Shown: piece after piece, positions 17,560-27,244 of the stretch
Numbering within the stretch: position 1 is the stretch's first letter
Layout of the letters: the number at the start of each line of letters is the position of its first letter
NCBI GenBank assembly: GCA_016217835.1
Contig: JACRFQ010000008.1
Span: forward strand, 1 to 61,394
Direction of reading: 5' to 3'
DNA from: Candidatus Levyibacteriota bacterium
GTDB taxonomy: Bacteria > Patescibacteriota > Microgenomatia > Levybacterales > UBA12049
Length of the DNA stretch: 61,394 nt
Notes under the pieces: model-generated
What the model was told of the DNA's origin: nothing
Databases searched by the model: none
Seen by the model: only the letters and a program-made list of their open reading frames with translations
Position numbers and translations under genes: made by a program

Positions 17560-19329
17560 TTAGCGGGAAAACCACTCTTCCAAAATCTTTTTTGCAATTG
17601 GGGCGGCAATATTACTTCCTTCACCAGATTCTTCTGCTAAAACCGTGACGACAATTTCGGGATTATAAGCCGGCGCAAAAAGCGTAATCCAGGCATGAGG
17701 TTTAGTACTGATTCCACCATGTTCAGCAGTTCCTGTTTTACAAGCAATTACCACACGTCGATAATCCGCTGATGCAGAAGCAACAGGCAGTATATTCTTA
17801 TTATCAATTCTTAATTCTGAATTCTTAATTCTGAATTCGAATAACGGCCAGGCAACTCCACCGGGTTGACAGGCTTCTATCATTCCCTGTCTTATTAAAT
17901 CTGTTGAATGTTGATCTAATAAGTTTTGATTTTTGATTTTTGATTTTTGATTTTTGAGCAAATGAGGCACGTATAATGAGCCCTCATTTGCTATCGCCTG
18001 TGTCCAACCGTTAACCTGCAAAGGTGTGGTCAAAAGATAACCCTGCCCGATTCCATAATGATACGTATCTCCTAAATACCACTGCTCGCCAATTACACTC
18101 TGTTTCCAATTTCTGGTTGGCACTGTTCCCGATTCTTCTCCTTTTAAATCTATACCCAATTTTTTATCAAGACCAAATTTAAAAGCAGTATTAGAAATTT
18201 TATCAACGCCGATTTTTTCTGCTAATTTATAAAAGAAAATATCATTTGAGCGCTTTATTCCTTTAACAACATTTACATTTCCATCTTTTCCGCCGTAGCC
18301 CGTGTAATACCAGTTAGAAAAAGAAAATGCGCCAACATTTAAAACTCCTGTATCTTCAATTTCATAATTTTGGTCAATTATCTTATTCTCAAGTCCTGAT
18401 GCCGCAACAACTAATTTAAAAGTTGAGCCGGGCGGATAAACCCCAGCAATAGCTCTATTTAAAAGCGGCTGATTTTTTGAGTCTAATAAGATATCGCTTA
18501 AAGTTAAATAACTGCTACCTGTTGAAATTCTGTATGAGCTTTCCATCGTAAAAAGATTCGGATCAAACGAGGGTCTTGATAAAAACGCAAGGATTTCGCC
18601 TTTTGGGGTTGAAACAATTATCGCTCCTCTTGTAATATCTTTTGTCGCCTCATATGCTGCGTTTTGAAGTTTTGCGTCTAAAGTTACTTGGATATTCTTA
18701 CCTGAAATTGGATCCTCCTGTCCTAATTTTCTAATTAACTCCCCTTTTGCATTAACCTCATAAAGCTGCTTACCGTCTGTTCCTTTGAGCAATGCCTGAT
18801 ACTCCTGCTCAAGACCTGATTTTCCAATAATATCTCCGCCCTTATAAGATGAATATTCAGGAGATGCAAGTTCTTCTTTGGAAATTTGCCCTATGTAGCC
18901 TACAACATGAGAAAAACTTTCTTTATAAGGATATTGCCTTAAGCTATCCACCTCTAAACCCTTCTTACCTGCGGCAATCTTAGACAAAGCTTCTGTTTGC
19001 GTGAGTAAAACTGTTTTATTATTTATAATTTCTCTAAATCCGGGCACATTAAAAACTAAAGGAGTGCCAAATCTATCAAAAATAATTCCTCTTGGCGCAT
19101 GGATTACAACTGTCTTTGTTCTGTTGCTGTCGGAAAGATATCTATAATAGTATCCTTTGATAACTTGAAGTAAAAATAAACGCGAGGATAAAACCACAAA
19201 TAAAACTAAAAATGACAAGGGTAAAAGTAAATCCCTGCTGCTTGGTTTTTTTCCCTCGTAATCATATTCTTTTCTTCTGCTTGAATCTTTTAAAATATAG
19301 TCCGGGAATGCAACACCTGTTTTAGTCAT
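17560..19329 (-). CDS. mrdA: penicillin-binding protein 2 (elongation transpeptidase)
   Basis: STFK (PGSTFKLV), SND and KTGTAE motifs; adjacent to mreD/mreC. Confidence 0.9.
   Translation of the reverse strand: MTKTGVAFPDYILKDSSRRKEYDYEGKKPSSRDLLLPLSFLVLFVVLSSRLFLLQVIKGYYYRYLSDSNRTKTVVIHAPRGIIFDRFGTPLVFNVPGFREIINNKTVLLTQTEALSKIAAGKKGLEVDSLRQYPYKESFSHVVGYIGQISKEELASPEYSSYKGGDIIGKSGLEQEYQALLKGTDGKQLYEVNAKGELIRKLGQEDPISGKNIQVTLDAKLQNAAYEATKDITRGAIIVSTPKGEILAFLSRPSFDPNLFTMESSYRISTGSSYLTLSDILLDSKNQPLLNRAIAGVYPPGSTFKLVVAASGLENKIIDQNYEIEDTGVLNVGAFSFSNWYYTGYGGKDGNVNVVKGIKRSNDIFFYKLAEKIGVDKISNTAFKFGLDKKLGIDLKGEESGTVPTRNWKQSVIGEQWYLGDTYHYGIGQGYLLTTPLQVNGWTQAIANEGSLYVPHLLKNQKSKIKNQNLLDQHSTDLIRQGMIEACQPGGVAWPLFEFRIKNSELRIDNKNILPVASASADYRRVVIACKTGTAEHGGISTKPHAWITLFAPAYNPEIVVTVLAEESGEGSNIAAPIAKKILEEWFSR
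17923..17959. repeat. heptamer repeat (TTTTGAT)n inside mrdA
   Basis: gttttgatttttgatttttgatttttgatttttgagc, translated NQKSKIKNQN. Confidence 0.8.
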
Positions 19330-19337
19330 AGTGCGAT

Positions 19338-19480
19338 AATTTTAAATTTTAAATTCTTAATTTTTAATGAATGTTTCAATTCTTTAATTTTAAAATTGGG
19401 ACATTTGGATTTGACCCGCCTGCAACGCTTTGCATAGCAATGCGGGCAGGTTAGAAATTAAAAATTAGAAATTAGAAATT
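19338..19480. repeat. composite intergenic repeat (AT-rich arms around a GC hairpin)
   Basis: aattttaaattttaaatt...TTTGACCCGCCTGCAACGCTTtgcatagcaaTGCGGGCAGGTTAGAAATTaaaaattagaaattagaaatt. Homologous in reverse complement to 46960-47099. The right arm supplies the mreD C-terminus and stop. Confidence 0.8.
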
Positions 19481-19886
19481 TGTTTTTTATTAATGAATTT
19501 TTTAAAAAATAAAATACTACCAATCCAATAATGGAACTCAAAATTGCCTGCGATAGCACATTATTATTGTATCCCATAAATAATAAAAAACCCAGGCTTC
19601 CTAAAAATGATGCAATCAAAATAAAACTCGCGGTTTTTATTTCAAATTTTTTCTGATAGAGCAAAACCAAAAATAAAAATACTGTGAAAAACAAACTGGA
19701 TAAACCAACAGTCTTAAATAAAGTTAAATCTAAAAAAAGCCCAAAAGCAAAGCCAAACAAAAATAAAAAGTTTTCCCTGTAAATTACCATCAGACAAAGA
19801 AGACTAATTAACACAAGCGGGATTGTAGTAAGCGTTGTTTCTAATAAAAGAGCAAAACTTAATAGAATAATACTTAAAAATTTCAT
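19458..19886 (-). CDS. mreD: rod shape-determining protein MreD (by position and topology)
   Basis: 142-aa polytopic membrane protein directly downstream of mreC. Confidence 0.65.
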   Translation of the reverse strand: MKFLSIILLSFALLLETTLTTIPLVLISLLCLMVIYRENFLFLFGFAFGLFLDLTLFKTVGLSSLFFTVFLFLVLLYQKKFEIKTASFILIASFLGSLGFLLFMGYNNNVLSQAILSSIIGLVVFYFLKNSLIKNKFLISNF

Positions 19887-19892
19887 TACTAT

Positions 19893-20693
19893 TCAGGGAT
19901 TTATGATTATAAAAACAGCATTTAATTTTGTTAAATCAACCAGTTGTTTTACTTTGGCTTTTTGAAAAAGATCACTCGCGTTTTTACTAACCGAGGCTAT
20001 TTTCCCTACAATTAGACCCTTGGGGAATCCCTCTCCTTTTTGATTAACATCTCCCTTTGTTACAACTAAATCATCTTTTTTTAAACTCTCGGAAAGCAAA
20101 ATATTATCAAAAATTAACCCCCCTCCTCCCCCTCCTTTTACAACTCCCAAAGCATTTGTCTCAAGAGAACTTGCCGTAAAAGAGGAAGAAGAATTTGTTA
20201 TCAAAAGAACACTTGATAAATAATTAGAAGTCTTTATAACTTTTCCTATTAAATTATCTTTATAAATAACCGCTTGGCCCACTTTTACACCATCAGCTTG
20301 CCCCCTATTTAAAGTTAGGGTTTCCGGAACCGATATTCCAGGTATTAACCCCGGCGCGCCGATAACTCCCGCAGGTAAAAGACTGGTGCTTCTGATATTT
20401 ACTGTTTGGAACTGATCTTGCAAAGCTTTATTATCTCCTTCAACTTTTTTTAAATCCGCAAGTTTTTTTATTAAAAGCCTGTTTTCATCTTCTAATAATT
20501 TAAGTTTTGAAGAAGAACCAATATTTATAACACTCGAATATATTCCGTATGTTAAAGACTGAACCGGCGCAAAAACTACCTGAACAATGGAATTAACAGG
20601 CTTTAAAAAACTGACTTTTGAAGAAAAAAGTAGAAGTAAGGAGATACAAAAAAAAATTATAAAATATAAAAAGTAACTGCTTCTTTTCTGCAT
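19893..20693 (-). CDS. mreC: rod shape-determining protein MreC
   Basis: N-terminal TM segment, coiled coil (LEDENRLLIKKLADLKK), beta-rich C-terminal domain, GGGGG loop. Confidence 0.8.
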   Translation of the reverse strand: MQKRSSYFLYFIIFFCISLLLLFSSKVSFLKPVNSIVQVVFAPVQSLTYGIYSSVINIGSSSKLKLLEDENRLLIKKLADLKKVEGDNKALQDQFQTVNIRSTSLLPAGVIGAPGLIPGISVPETLTLNRGQADGVKVGQAVIYKDNLIGKVIKTSNYLSSVLLITNSSSSFTASSLETNALGVVKGGGGGGLIFDNILLSESLKKDDLVVTKGDVNQKGEGFPKGLIVGKIASVSKNASDLFQKAKVKQLVDLTKLNAVFIIINP

Positions 20694-20744
20694 GCACCCA
20701 TTTTAGCTTTTTTAGAAAACAGATACAAGCTTACCTTGCATGTT

Positions 20745-21491
20745 TTATTTTTGACGAGAAGTTCTTTTTGGGGTAAACGGTTCCATTCCAGATTCCTTTA
20801 TGTTATATATTGCTTCACTTAAACCCTCTGGTTTGGATATATCAACGGGGAAGATGGGGTTTGTAATAATTGAGCTACCATCAAGAATAAAAATGTCATA
20901 CGGAATATTTCTTTTTCTTCCAAAATCATCCACTGCTATACTAAAACAGTTAATTAAAGCGGTATAAATTAATCTTCGCACCATATTTTCATCAATCGCT
21001 CCCTCAAGAAAGCCGTTTTCGTATCTTTGTTCATAAACAAATGGAGGTTTTCTTTTATCCTTGGATCTTGACACGTATACGATGTAGTAATCTATTCCCC
21101 TTGGTATGGTTTCTCTTTGTAGAAATGCAGCTATTTGTCTTCCTTTTGGATCCAAAATTACTCTTTCTCGAAATTTAACGAAAGAATCAACTTGTTCAAT
21201 TTGAGGATCTTGAATTTCTCGTTTCCCCGTACCGCCCATAAATGCCGTTGTTATAGACTTCCCCATTACTACTAGTTTTCTCCTAACAAAACCACTCCCT
21301 TTATTGAATCTTGAATCTAAGGTGCCTTCAAATCGTTCAAGATTACGCGGCCCTGCTTGATCAACAATTGTAAGCCTATCTCGATTCGCATCTGCTGTTG
21401 GCATTCCGGCATTTCTTAATTGCTCTTCAAGTGTTTGCCGTCCAACCGGTTCATTTTTAGATAGAATTGAACCCTTATGTCCTTCTGGCAT
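20745..21491 (-). CDS. hypothetical soluble protein between mreB and mreC
   Basis: 248-aa ORF, GC-richer and R/E/G/P-rich, with no TM segment and no recognised motif. Confidence 0.6.
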   Translation of the reverse strand: MPEGHKGSILSKNEPVGRQTLEEQLRNAGMPTADANRDRLTIVDQAGPRNLERFEGTLDSRFNKGSGFVRRKLVVMGKSITTAFMGGTGKREIQDPQIEQVDSFVKFRERVILDPKGRQIAAFLQRETIPRGIDYYIVYVSRSKDKRKPPFVYEQRYENGFLEGAIDENMVRRLIYTALINCFSIAVDDFGRKRNIPYDIFILDGSSIITNPIFPVDISKPEGLSEAIYNIKESGMEPFTPKRTSRQK

Positions 21492-21591
21492 ATTAAATCA
21501 ATCTTAATAAAAATATAAAGCAATATCAAATTACAGGAGTATTTTAGTGAAGCTCGTATATGCCTGCTCGCCTCTGGAGAGACGTTGGAAC

Positions 21592-22686
21592 CTATTTTAA
21601 TCCGCCGATGACTTTAACGCGCTGCAAAAGTAAATCATCCTCTAAAACTTTACCCGTTCCTCTGACAACGCTTGTTAACGGGTCTTCACTTCTGATAACA
21701 GGGATATGGATTCTATCAACAATTAAGTGATCGAGACCGGGAAGCATTGAGCCTCCGCCTGTTAAAAGCACTCCATGTTCTAAAACATCGCTGGTTAATT
21801 CAGGCGGCGAATCCTCTAACACTCCTGCAACCGCATCAATAATTTGAGTTAAAATAGGAGACAAAGCTTCTCTAACTTCGATTTCTGAAATTCTTAAAGA
21901 CTTTGGAAGCCCTGTTTCTATGTCTCTGCCTCTTATAACCGCCAATTTTTCCTGCTCTTTTGCATCCTGATTCCTGCCTGCCGGCAGGCTGGTTTTTTTC
22001 TTTACATCATAGGCAGAGCCTATTTGTATTTTTAAATCCTCTGCTGTTTTTTCTCCAATTAAAAGTCCATGCCTTAACCTAATATAATGGGAAACTGCGC
22101 TATCCATATCGTCTCCTGCAGTTCTTAATGATCTTGAAACAACAATTCCGCCCAAAGATATAACTGCGATTTCGGTTGTTCCGCCTCCTATATCAACTAC
22201 CATAACACCTGTTGGCGCAAAAACAGAAATATTTTCTCCGATTGCCGCTGCCATTGGCTCTTCTATTAAATAAGCCTCTCTTGCTCCTGCTGTTAATGCC
22301 GCTTCCCAAACCGCGCGTCTTTCAACTTCGGTTACAGATGAAGGAATTCCGATTACAACACGTGGTCTTGAAAAAGCCATTGGAACCGACTTTCCTACTT
22401 CATGAACTTCTTGAATATAGTGGGTAATCATCGCAAGTGTTGCATCAAAATCCGATATTACGCCGCCCCTTAAGGGTCTGACTGTAATAATAGATGCGGG
22501 GGTTTTACCGACCATTTTTTTAGCTTCGGTTCCAATGGCAATAACTTTTTTAGTTTTTTTATGCATGGCAACAACCGAAGGTTCTCTAATAACAATTCCT
22601 TTGCCTTTAACAAATACCAAAGTATTAGCCGTACCCAAATCAATACCTATATCGTGGGAAAAAAATGAAAACAATTTATTAAACAT
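21592..22686 (-). CDS. mreB: rod shape-determining actin homolog MreB
   Basis: DIGIDLGTANTLV, VVDIGGGTTEIAVISLGG and LTGGGSMLPGL motifs. Confidence 0.95.
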   Translation of the reverse strand: MFNKLFSFFSHDIGIDLGTANTLVFVKGKGIVIREPSVVAMHKKTKKVIAIGTEAKKMVGKTPASIITVRPLRGGVISDFDATLAMITHYIQEVHEVGKSVPMAFSRPRVVIGIPSSVTEVERRAVWEAALTAGAREAYLIEEPMAAAIGENISVFAPTGVMVVDIGGGTTEIAVISLGGIVVSRSLRTAGDDMDSAVSHYIRLRHGLLIGEKTAEDLKIQIGSAYDVKKKTSLPAGRNQDAKEQEKLAVIRGRDIETGLPKSLRISEIEVREALSPILTQIIDAVAGVLEDSPPELTSDVLEHGVLLTGGGSMLPGLDHLIVDRIHIPVIRSEDPLTSVVRGTGKVLEDDLLLQRVKVIGGLK

Positions 22687-22863
22687 AACTTAAAAATTTC
22701 TAATTCTTAATTTCTAATTTCTAATTAAATCTAAATATCTTAATTTAAAAATTGAAACATTGAAGCATTCATTAAAAATTGAGAATTGAAAATTAAAAAT
22801 TTCTCTATCATAATAGCATCTTGCACGAGTTTTTCCAATATGCTACGATAACTAAAATCCAAG

Positions 22864-25335
22864 ATGAAATTATTTAATTTTTGTAATAAAGTAATCGAAT
22901 ATTCTTTTTACCTTCTGTTTTTCCTTGTTCCTCTTGCGTTTACAAGCGACACTTCCGAACTTTTTGAATTTAACAAGCTCTGGGTAACTTTTATCTTAAC
23001 CATTGTTATAGGCACTGCCTGGATTACAAAAATGATTATCAAAAAGCAATTCCGTATCCAAAAAACATTGCTTGATATTCCAATCGCGCTATTTTTGGGT
23101 TCTGAAATAATTTCTACATTTTTATCTTTAGACATGCACACTTCGCTCTGGGGTTATTATTCAAGATTTAACGGCGGACTTTTTTCAATTCTTGCCTATA
23201 TCTTCCTTTATTATGCTTTTGTTACCAATCTAAAAGACGAAGAAAAAACAAACGTAAATAAAGCTTTTGATGTTAAAAAACTTTATATTTTCCTTGGCGC
23301 AATTGTTATTTTTATTGTCGGCTTTTTGATTTCATCTCAAATTAAAGCAAGCGACTCGGCAGGAATTCCCCTACAAATGCTTGCAACACTTTTAACAGCC
23401 ATTGCTTCATTTGCGGTTTTTATGAAGGCTGCTCCGAGTAGCATACTAAAAAAATCATTTTTTGCCATATTTTCATCCGCAATTATAGTTATTCTATGGG
23501 GAATTCCATCACATTTTGGCTACGACCCAACCTGTCTTTTGTTTAGAAACACTTTCGATGTTTCATGCTGGACAGCAGATTTTCAACCAAAAGTACGTAT
23601 TTTTTCAACACTTGGACAACCTGCCTGGCTTGCCGCTTATCTTGCTGTAATACTTCCGGTTTTAATTGCTTTCTTTATTAACTTTTTAAAAACACATGGT
23701 ATGCCAAAAGTAAAAAGCTATAATTTTGCACTTTTAGCAAGCTCGGGCGTATTAATCGCGGGTTTTTACTTGGCTTTGCTTTTTACCCAATCAAGAGCTG
23801 CAATCGCCGGATTCTGGGTTACTTTACCCATACTTTTAGCTTCATATTTTTGGCTCTATCTAAAACCTGATTTTTCCTTAAAAAAATTATCTTTAGACTT
23901 TAAAATTTTAGTATTCATTTTAGCTTTAATAGCAGGCATTACTTTTTTTGCCGGGCAGCCATTTGGACAATTACAAAAATTCACTCTTAAAGGACTCGAA
24001 GCGCGCTTTGCAAAACCCACTACGACAAAACAAGTTGCAAAACCTGCTGCACCGGTGGAACCCCCCGGCGTAACCCAAGAATTCGGAGGCAGTGATTCGG
24101 GCAAAATTAGACTTTTAGTCTGGAGAGGTGCCATTGATATCTGGAAAAACAATCCTATTTTTGGCAGTGGCCTTGAAACCTACGCTTTTGCTTATTATCA
24201 ATACAGACCTGCAGCACATAATTTGGTCTCGGAATGGCAATTTTTATACAACAAAGCCCACAATGAATTCTTAAATTATTTGGCAACAACAGGTACTGTC
24301 GGTATTGTTACCTATCTTTCCATGATAGGCGGGTTCTTGTTTATCTCCATTAAACATCTTTATAAAAAGAGAAAAAAGCTTTCCGGAGAAGATTTCATAG
24401 CCATTTCTTTACTTGCGGGTTACGGCGGCATACTTATTACTAATTTTGCGGGTTTTTCAGTTGTAATTATCAATATCTTCTTTTACTTAATTCCCGCATT
24501 TGTATTTTTGCTTTTGGGTTTAATAAATTATGACAAATCATATTCTTTTTCTTTTTCTAAAAAAGAACTCTATGCATTAAATATTCCTCAAAAAATTTTA
24601 GTTGTAGTTACTCTCATTATTTCTTTGTATCTTCTTTTAACACTCACCAATTTCTGGAATGCCGACAGAAAATACTATTTCGGCATGAATTATGACAGGG
24701 CCGGAGATTATCAAAGAGCTTATACCTTTTTGAAAGACGCTATTGCTATGCGCCCAAGCGAACCTGTATTTAAAGACGAATTTGCTTACAATAATGCAGT
24801 TTTAGGAAGCGCAATTATATCTCAAAGCGCGCAGCAAAAAGAAAACCAACAACAAAACATTGAACTTGCAAAACAACTAATTAACACTGCGATTAAAACG
24901 ACCAATGAAGTAACAGCCAAACATCCAAACAATATAGTTTTTATTAAAACAAAAGTAAGAGTGTTTTATACACTTTCTCAAATTGACCAAACATATTTAC
25001 CTTTAACGCTAGAGGCAATTAAAGCCGCTCAAAAATTAGCGCCAACCGATGCAGATGTTTCCTATAACTTAGGCGTTTTATATGGACAAACAGGTGATTC
25101 TCAAAATGCTGTCAAAACACTTGAAAACACAATTAAATTAAAGCCGGATTATTCAAAAGCATATTATGCTTTAGCAATTTTTTATCACCAGCTCGCAGTT
25201 GATCAAAAAGGAGTTATTGTAAATAAAGAATATAATGACAAAGCAATTGAAGAAATGAAGTTATTAATAAAATACTTCGGTCCAAATCAACAAGCCCAAG
25301 ATGCAATAAAAACTTGGAGCGGAAGCAAGCTCTAA
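22864..25335 (+). CDS. O-antigen ligase-like polytopic membrane protein with C-terminal TPR repeats
   Basis: More than 10 TM segments, Wzy_C-like YNKAHNEFLNYLATTG, C-terminal TPR-like repeats (AYYALAIFY...). Confidence 0.7.
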   Translation: MKLFNFCNKVIEYSFYLLFFLVPLAFTSDTSELFEFNKLWVTFILTIVIGTAWITKMIIKKQFRIQKTLLDIPIALFLGSEIISTFLSLDMHTSLWGYYSRFNGGLFSILAYIFLYYAFVTNLKDEEKTNVNKAFDVKKLYIFLGAIVIFIVGFLISSQIKASDSAGIPLQMLATLLTAIASFAVFMKAAPSSILKKSFFAIFSSAIIVILWGIPSHFGYDPTCLLFRNTFDVSCWTADFQPKVRIFSTLGQPAWLAAYLAVILPVLIAFFINFLKTHGMPKVKSYNFALLASSGVLIAGFYLALLFTQSRAAIAGFWVTLPILLASYFWLYLKPDFSLKKLSLDFKILVFILALIAGITFFAGQPFGQLQKFTLKGLEARFAKPTTTKQVAKPAAPVEPPGVTQEFGGSDSGKIRLLVWRGAIDIWKNNPIFGSGLETYAFAYYQYRPAAHNLVSEWQFLYNKAHNEFLNYLATTGTVGIVTYLSMIGGFLFISIKHLYKKRKKLSGEDFIAISLLAGYGGILITNFAGFSVVIINIFFYLIPAFVFLLLGLINYDKSYSFSFSKKELYALNIPQKILVVVTLIISLYLLLTLTNFWNADRKYYFGMNYDRAGDYQRAYTFLKDAIAMRPSEPVFKDEFAYNNAVLGSAIISQSAQQKENQQQNIELAKQLINTAIKTTNEVTAKHPNNIVFIKTKVRVFYTLSQIDQTYLPLTLEAIKAAQKLAPTDADVSYNLGVLYGQTGDSQNAVKTLENTIKLKPDYSKAYYALAIFYHQLAVDQKGVIVNKEYNDKAIEEMKLLIKYFGPNQQAQDAIKTWSGSKL

Positions 25336-25405
25336 GGGCTTGCTGAGCTCGCCTGCTTGACAGGCGAGGACTGCTCCCCCGCTAGGGACAAAACATTTGA
25401 AACTT

Positions 25406-25948
25406 ATGTTAAAAATACTAAGCGCTCCAAATCCTGTACTCTCCGGAGAAACAAAATCCATTTCAAAAATAGATAAAGATATATTGGATTTCATTGAAGG
25501 AATGAAAGAGTCGTTAGAAAATGCAACCGATCCTGTTGGCGTTGGACTGGCCGCACCCCAGGTTGGACGATCTTTAAAAATCTTCATTGCAAAACCATCG
25601 GTAAAATCTAAAATTTCTGTTTTTATTAATCCCAAAATAATTAAAAAAACATCCCTGCAAAATACAAAAAATGGAGAAAAGATTAAAAAACTTGAGGGCT
25701 GCTTATCTTTACCCGATATCTGGGGTGAAGTTTCAAGATATGATGAAATTTCTCTGGAATTTCTAAATGAAAATGGAATAGTTCACAACAAAAAATTTAA
25801 AGGGTTCTTAGCAACAATTATTCAACACGAAATAGATCACCTAAATGGTGTCTTATTCCCCAAAAGAGTTTTGGAACAAAAGGGAACGCTTTATAAATCC
25901 GAAAAGGATGAGAAGGGACAAGATGTATTTGAGGAGCTGAAGATATAG
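25406..25948 (+). CDS. def: peptide deformylase
   Basis: GVGLAAPQVG, EGCLS and QHEIDHL motifs. ATG 25406 preferred over TTG 25397. Confidence 0.9.
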   Translation: MLKILSAPNPVLSGETKSISKIDKDILDFIEGMKESLENATDPVGVGLAAPQVGRSLKIFIAKPSVKSKISVFINPKIIKKTSLQNTKNGEKIKKLEGCLSLPDIWGEVSRYDEISLEFLNENGIVHNKKFKGFLATIIQHEIDHLNGVLFPKRVLEQKGTLYKSEKDEKGQDVFEELKI

Positions 25949-25999
25949 ATTATCTATAAAATATAATATATTATATGTAATCTACAATAGATATATTTT

Positions 26000-26368
26000 A
26001 TGGCAACCCAAAAAAGTCATGAATTTCGTAAAAGATTAATAAATTTTGCAATTCAAATAATAAGTTTAACTAAAAAGCTTCCTAAAACCCCTGAAAATAG
26101 CGTTATCATTTATCAAATTATAAAATCTTCGACATCAATCGGAGCAAATTATACAGAGTCAATGTTTGCTTTAACCCGAGCTGACTTTACTCATTGTCTT
26201 AATATCTGTAAAAAAGAAACTGGTGAAACCCTGCATTGGCTCGAAGTTCTTGAAATACTAAATCCTAAACTATCTAAAAATATCAGCTTATTGAAAATCG
26301 AAGCTGAGTCTTACCTTAAGATATTTATTTCATCAGTTAAAACTTCCCAGAAAAATAATAATTCTTAA
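26000..26368 (+). CDS. four-helix-bundle protein (23S rRNA intervening-sequence protein family)
   Basis: 122 aa; IIKSSTSIGANYTES signature of the S23/IVS four-helix-bundle family. Confidence 0.7.
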   Translation: MATQKSHEFRKRLINFAIQIISLTKKLPKTPENSVIIYQIIKSSTSIGANYTESMFALTRADFTHCLNICKKETGETLHWLEVLEILNPKLSKNISLLKIEAESYLKIFISSVKTSQKNNNS

Positions 26369-26404
26369 AATATAATCTATAATTTATAATATATAATATA
26401 CATA

Positions 26405-27244
26405 ATGAAAATAGTTTTTTTCGGCGCATCAAGGTATGTCATTCCGATCATAGAAATGCTTCACAACACCTTTAATCTTTCTTTAGTTGTTACAACCGAA
26501 CAAGGAAGCCAGGCCCCAGTTCCTTTTTATTGCAAAACAAAAAAAATAGACTGCATTAAAACAATTAAATCTACAGATTTAATTTCTTCTTATGAAATTG
26601 AGAATTCAGGAGCAAAACTTGGTATTGTGGCAGATTTTGGCTTAATAATTCCTCCTAAGGTAATAAATTTTTTTGAATTTGGAATTATTAATATTCATCC
26701 TTCTTTACTTCCAAAATATAGAGGAGCAACACCTGTTCAAAGCGCAATCTTAAACGGTGATACAAAAACCGGAGTAAGTATTATTCAACTTGATAAATAT
26801 ATGGATCATGGACCAATTTTAGCCCAAACTGAAGCAGAAATTAATCCAGGCGCCACATCCCAAGATCTTTATGAAAAACTATTCAAGAAAGGAACCCTGC
26901 TTTTACGCGATGTTATTCAAAAACTAGAAATACAAAAACCTACTCCTAAAGAACAAGATCATCAAAACGCAACTTTTACAAAATTATTAACAAGAGATGA
27001 TGGATTTGTAGATTTTAAAACAATTTCCAATAAGGAATTTTTTGACCGGTTAGTAAGAGCTTATTATCCATGGCCGGGAGTTTGGACCAGGGCACTAATT
27101 AATGATAAGTTATTATTAATTAAATTTTTGCCAAATAAAAGAATTCAGGTTGAAGGCAGACGGGACATGCTCTATAAAGATTTTATTAATGGTTATTCAA
27201 ATGCCGACAAAAACTTAATTGATTTTTTAAAAAAAGATATTTAA
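26405..27244 (+). CDS. fmt: methionyl-tRNA formyltransferase
   Basis: IINIHPSLLPKYRGATPVQSAILNGDTKTGVSI and PWPGVWT motifs. Confidence 0.9.
   Translation: MKIVFFGASRYVIPIIEMLHNTFNLSLVVTTEQGSQAPVPFYCKTKKIDCIKTIKSTDLISSYEIENSGAKLGIVADFGLIIPPKVINFFEFGIINIHPSLLPKYRGATPVQSAILNGDTKTGVSIIQLDKYMDHGPILAQTEAEINPGATSQDLYEKLFKKGTLLLRDVIQKLEIQKPTPKEQDHQNATFTKLLTRDDGFVDFKTISNKEFFDRLVRAYYPWPGVWTRALINDKLLLIKFLPNKRIQVEGRRDMLYKDFINGYSNADKNLIDFLKKDI

Noticed and set aside
19441-19482. CRISPR-like appearance of the ttagaaatt / ttctaattt tandem repeats (also 22690-22730, 27650-27690, 46960-46990)
   Set aside because: The repeat period is only 7-11 nt with no unique spacers. The arms are inverted copies forming hairpins, and there are no cas genes in the window.
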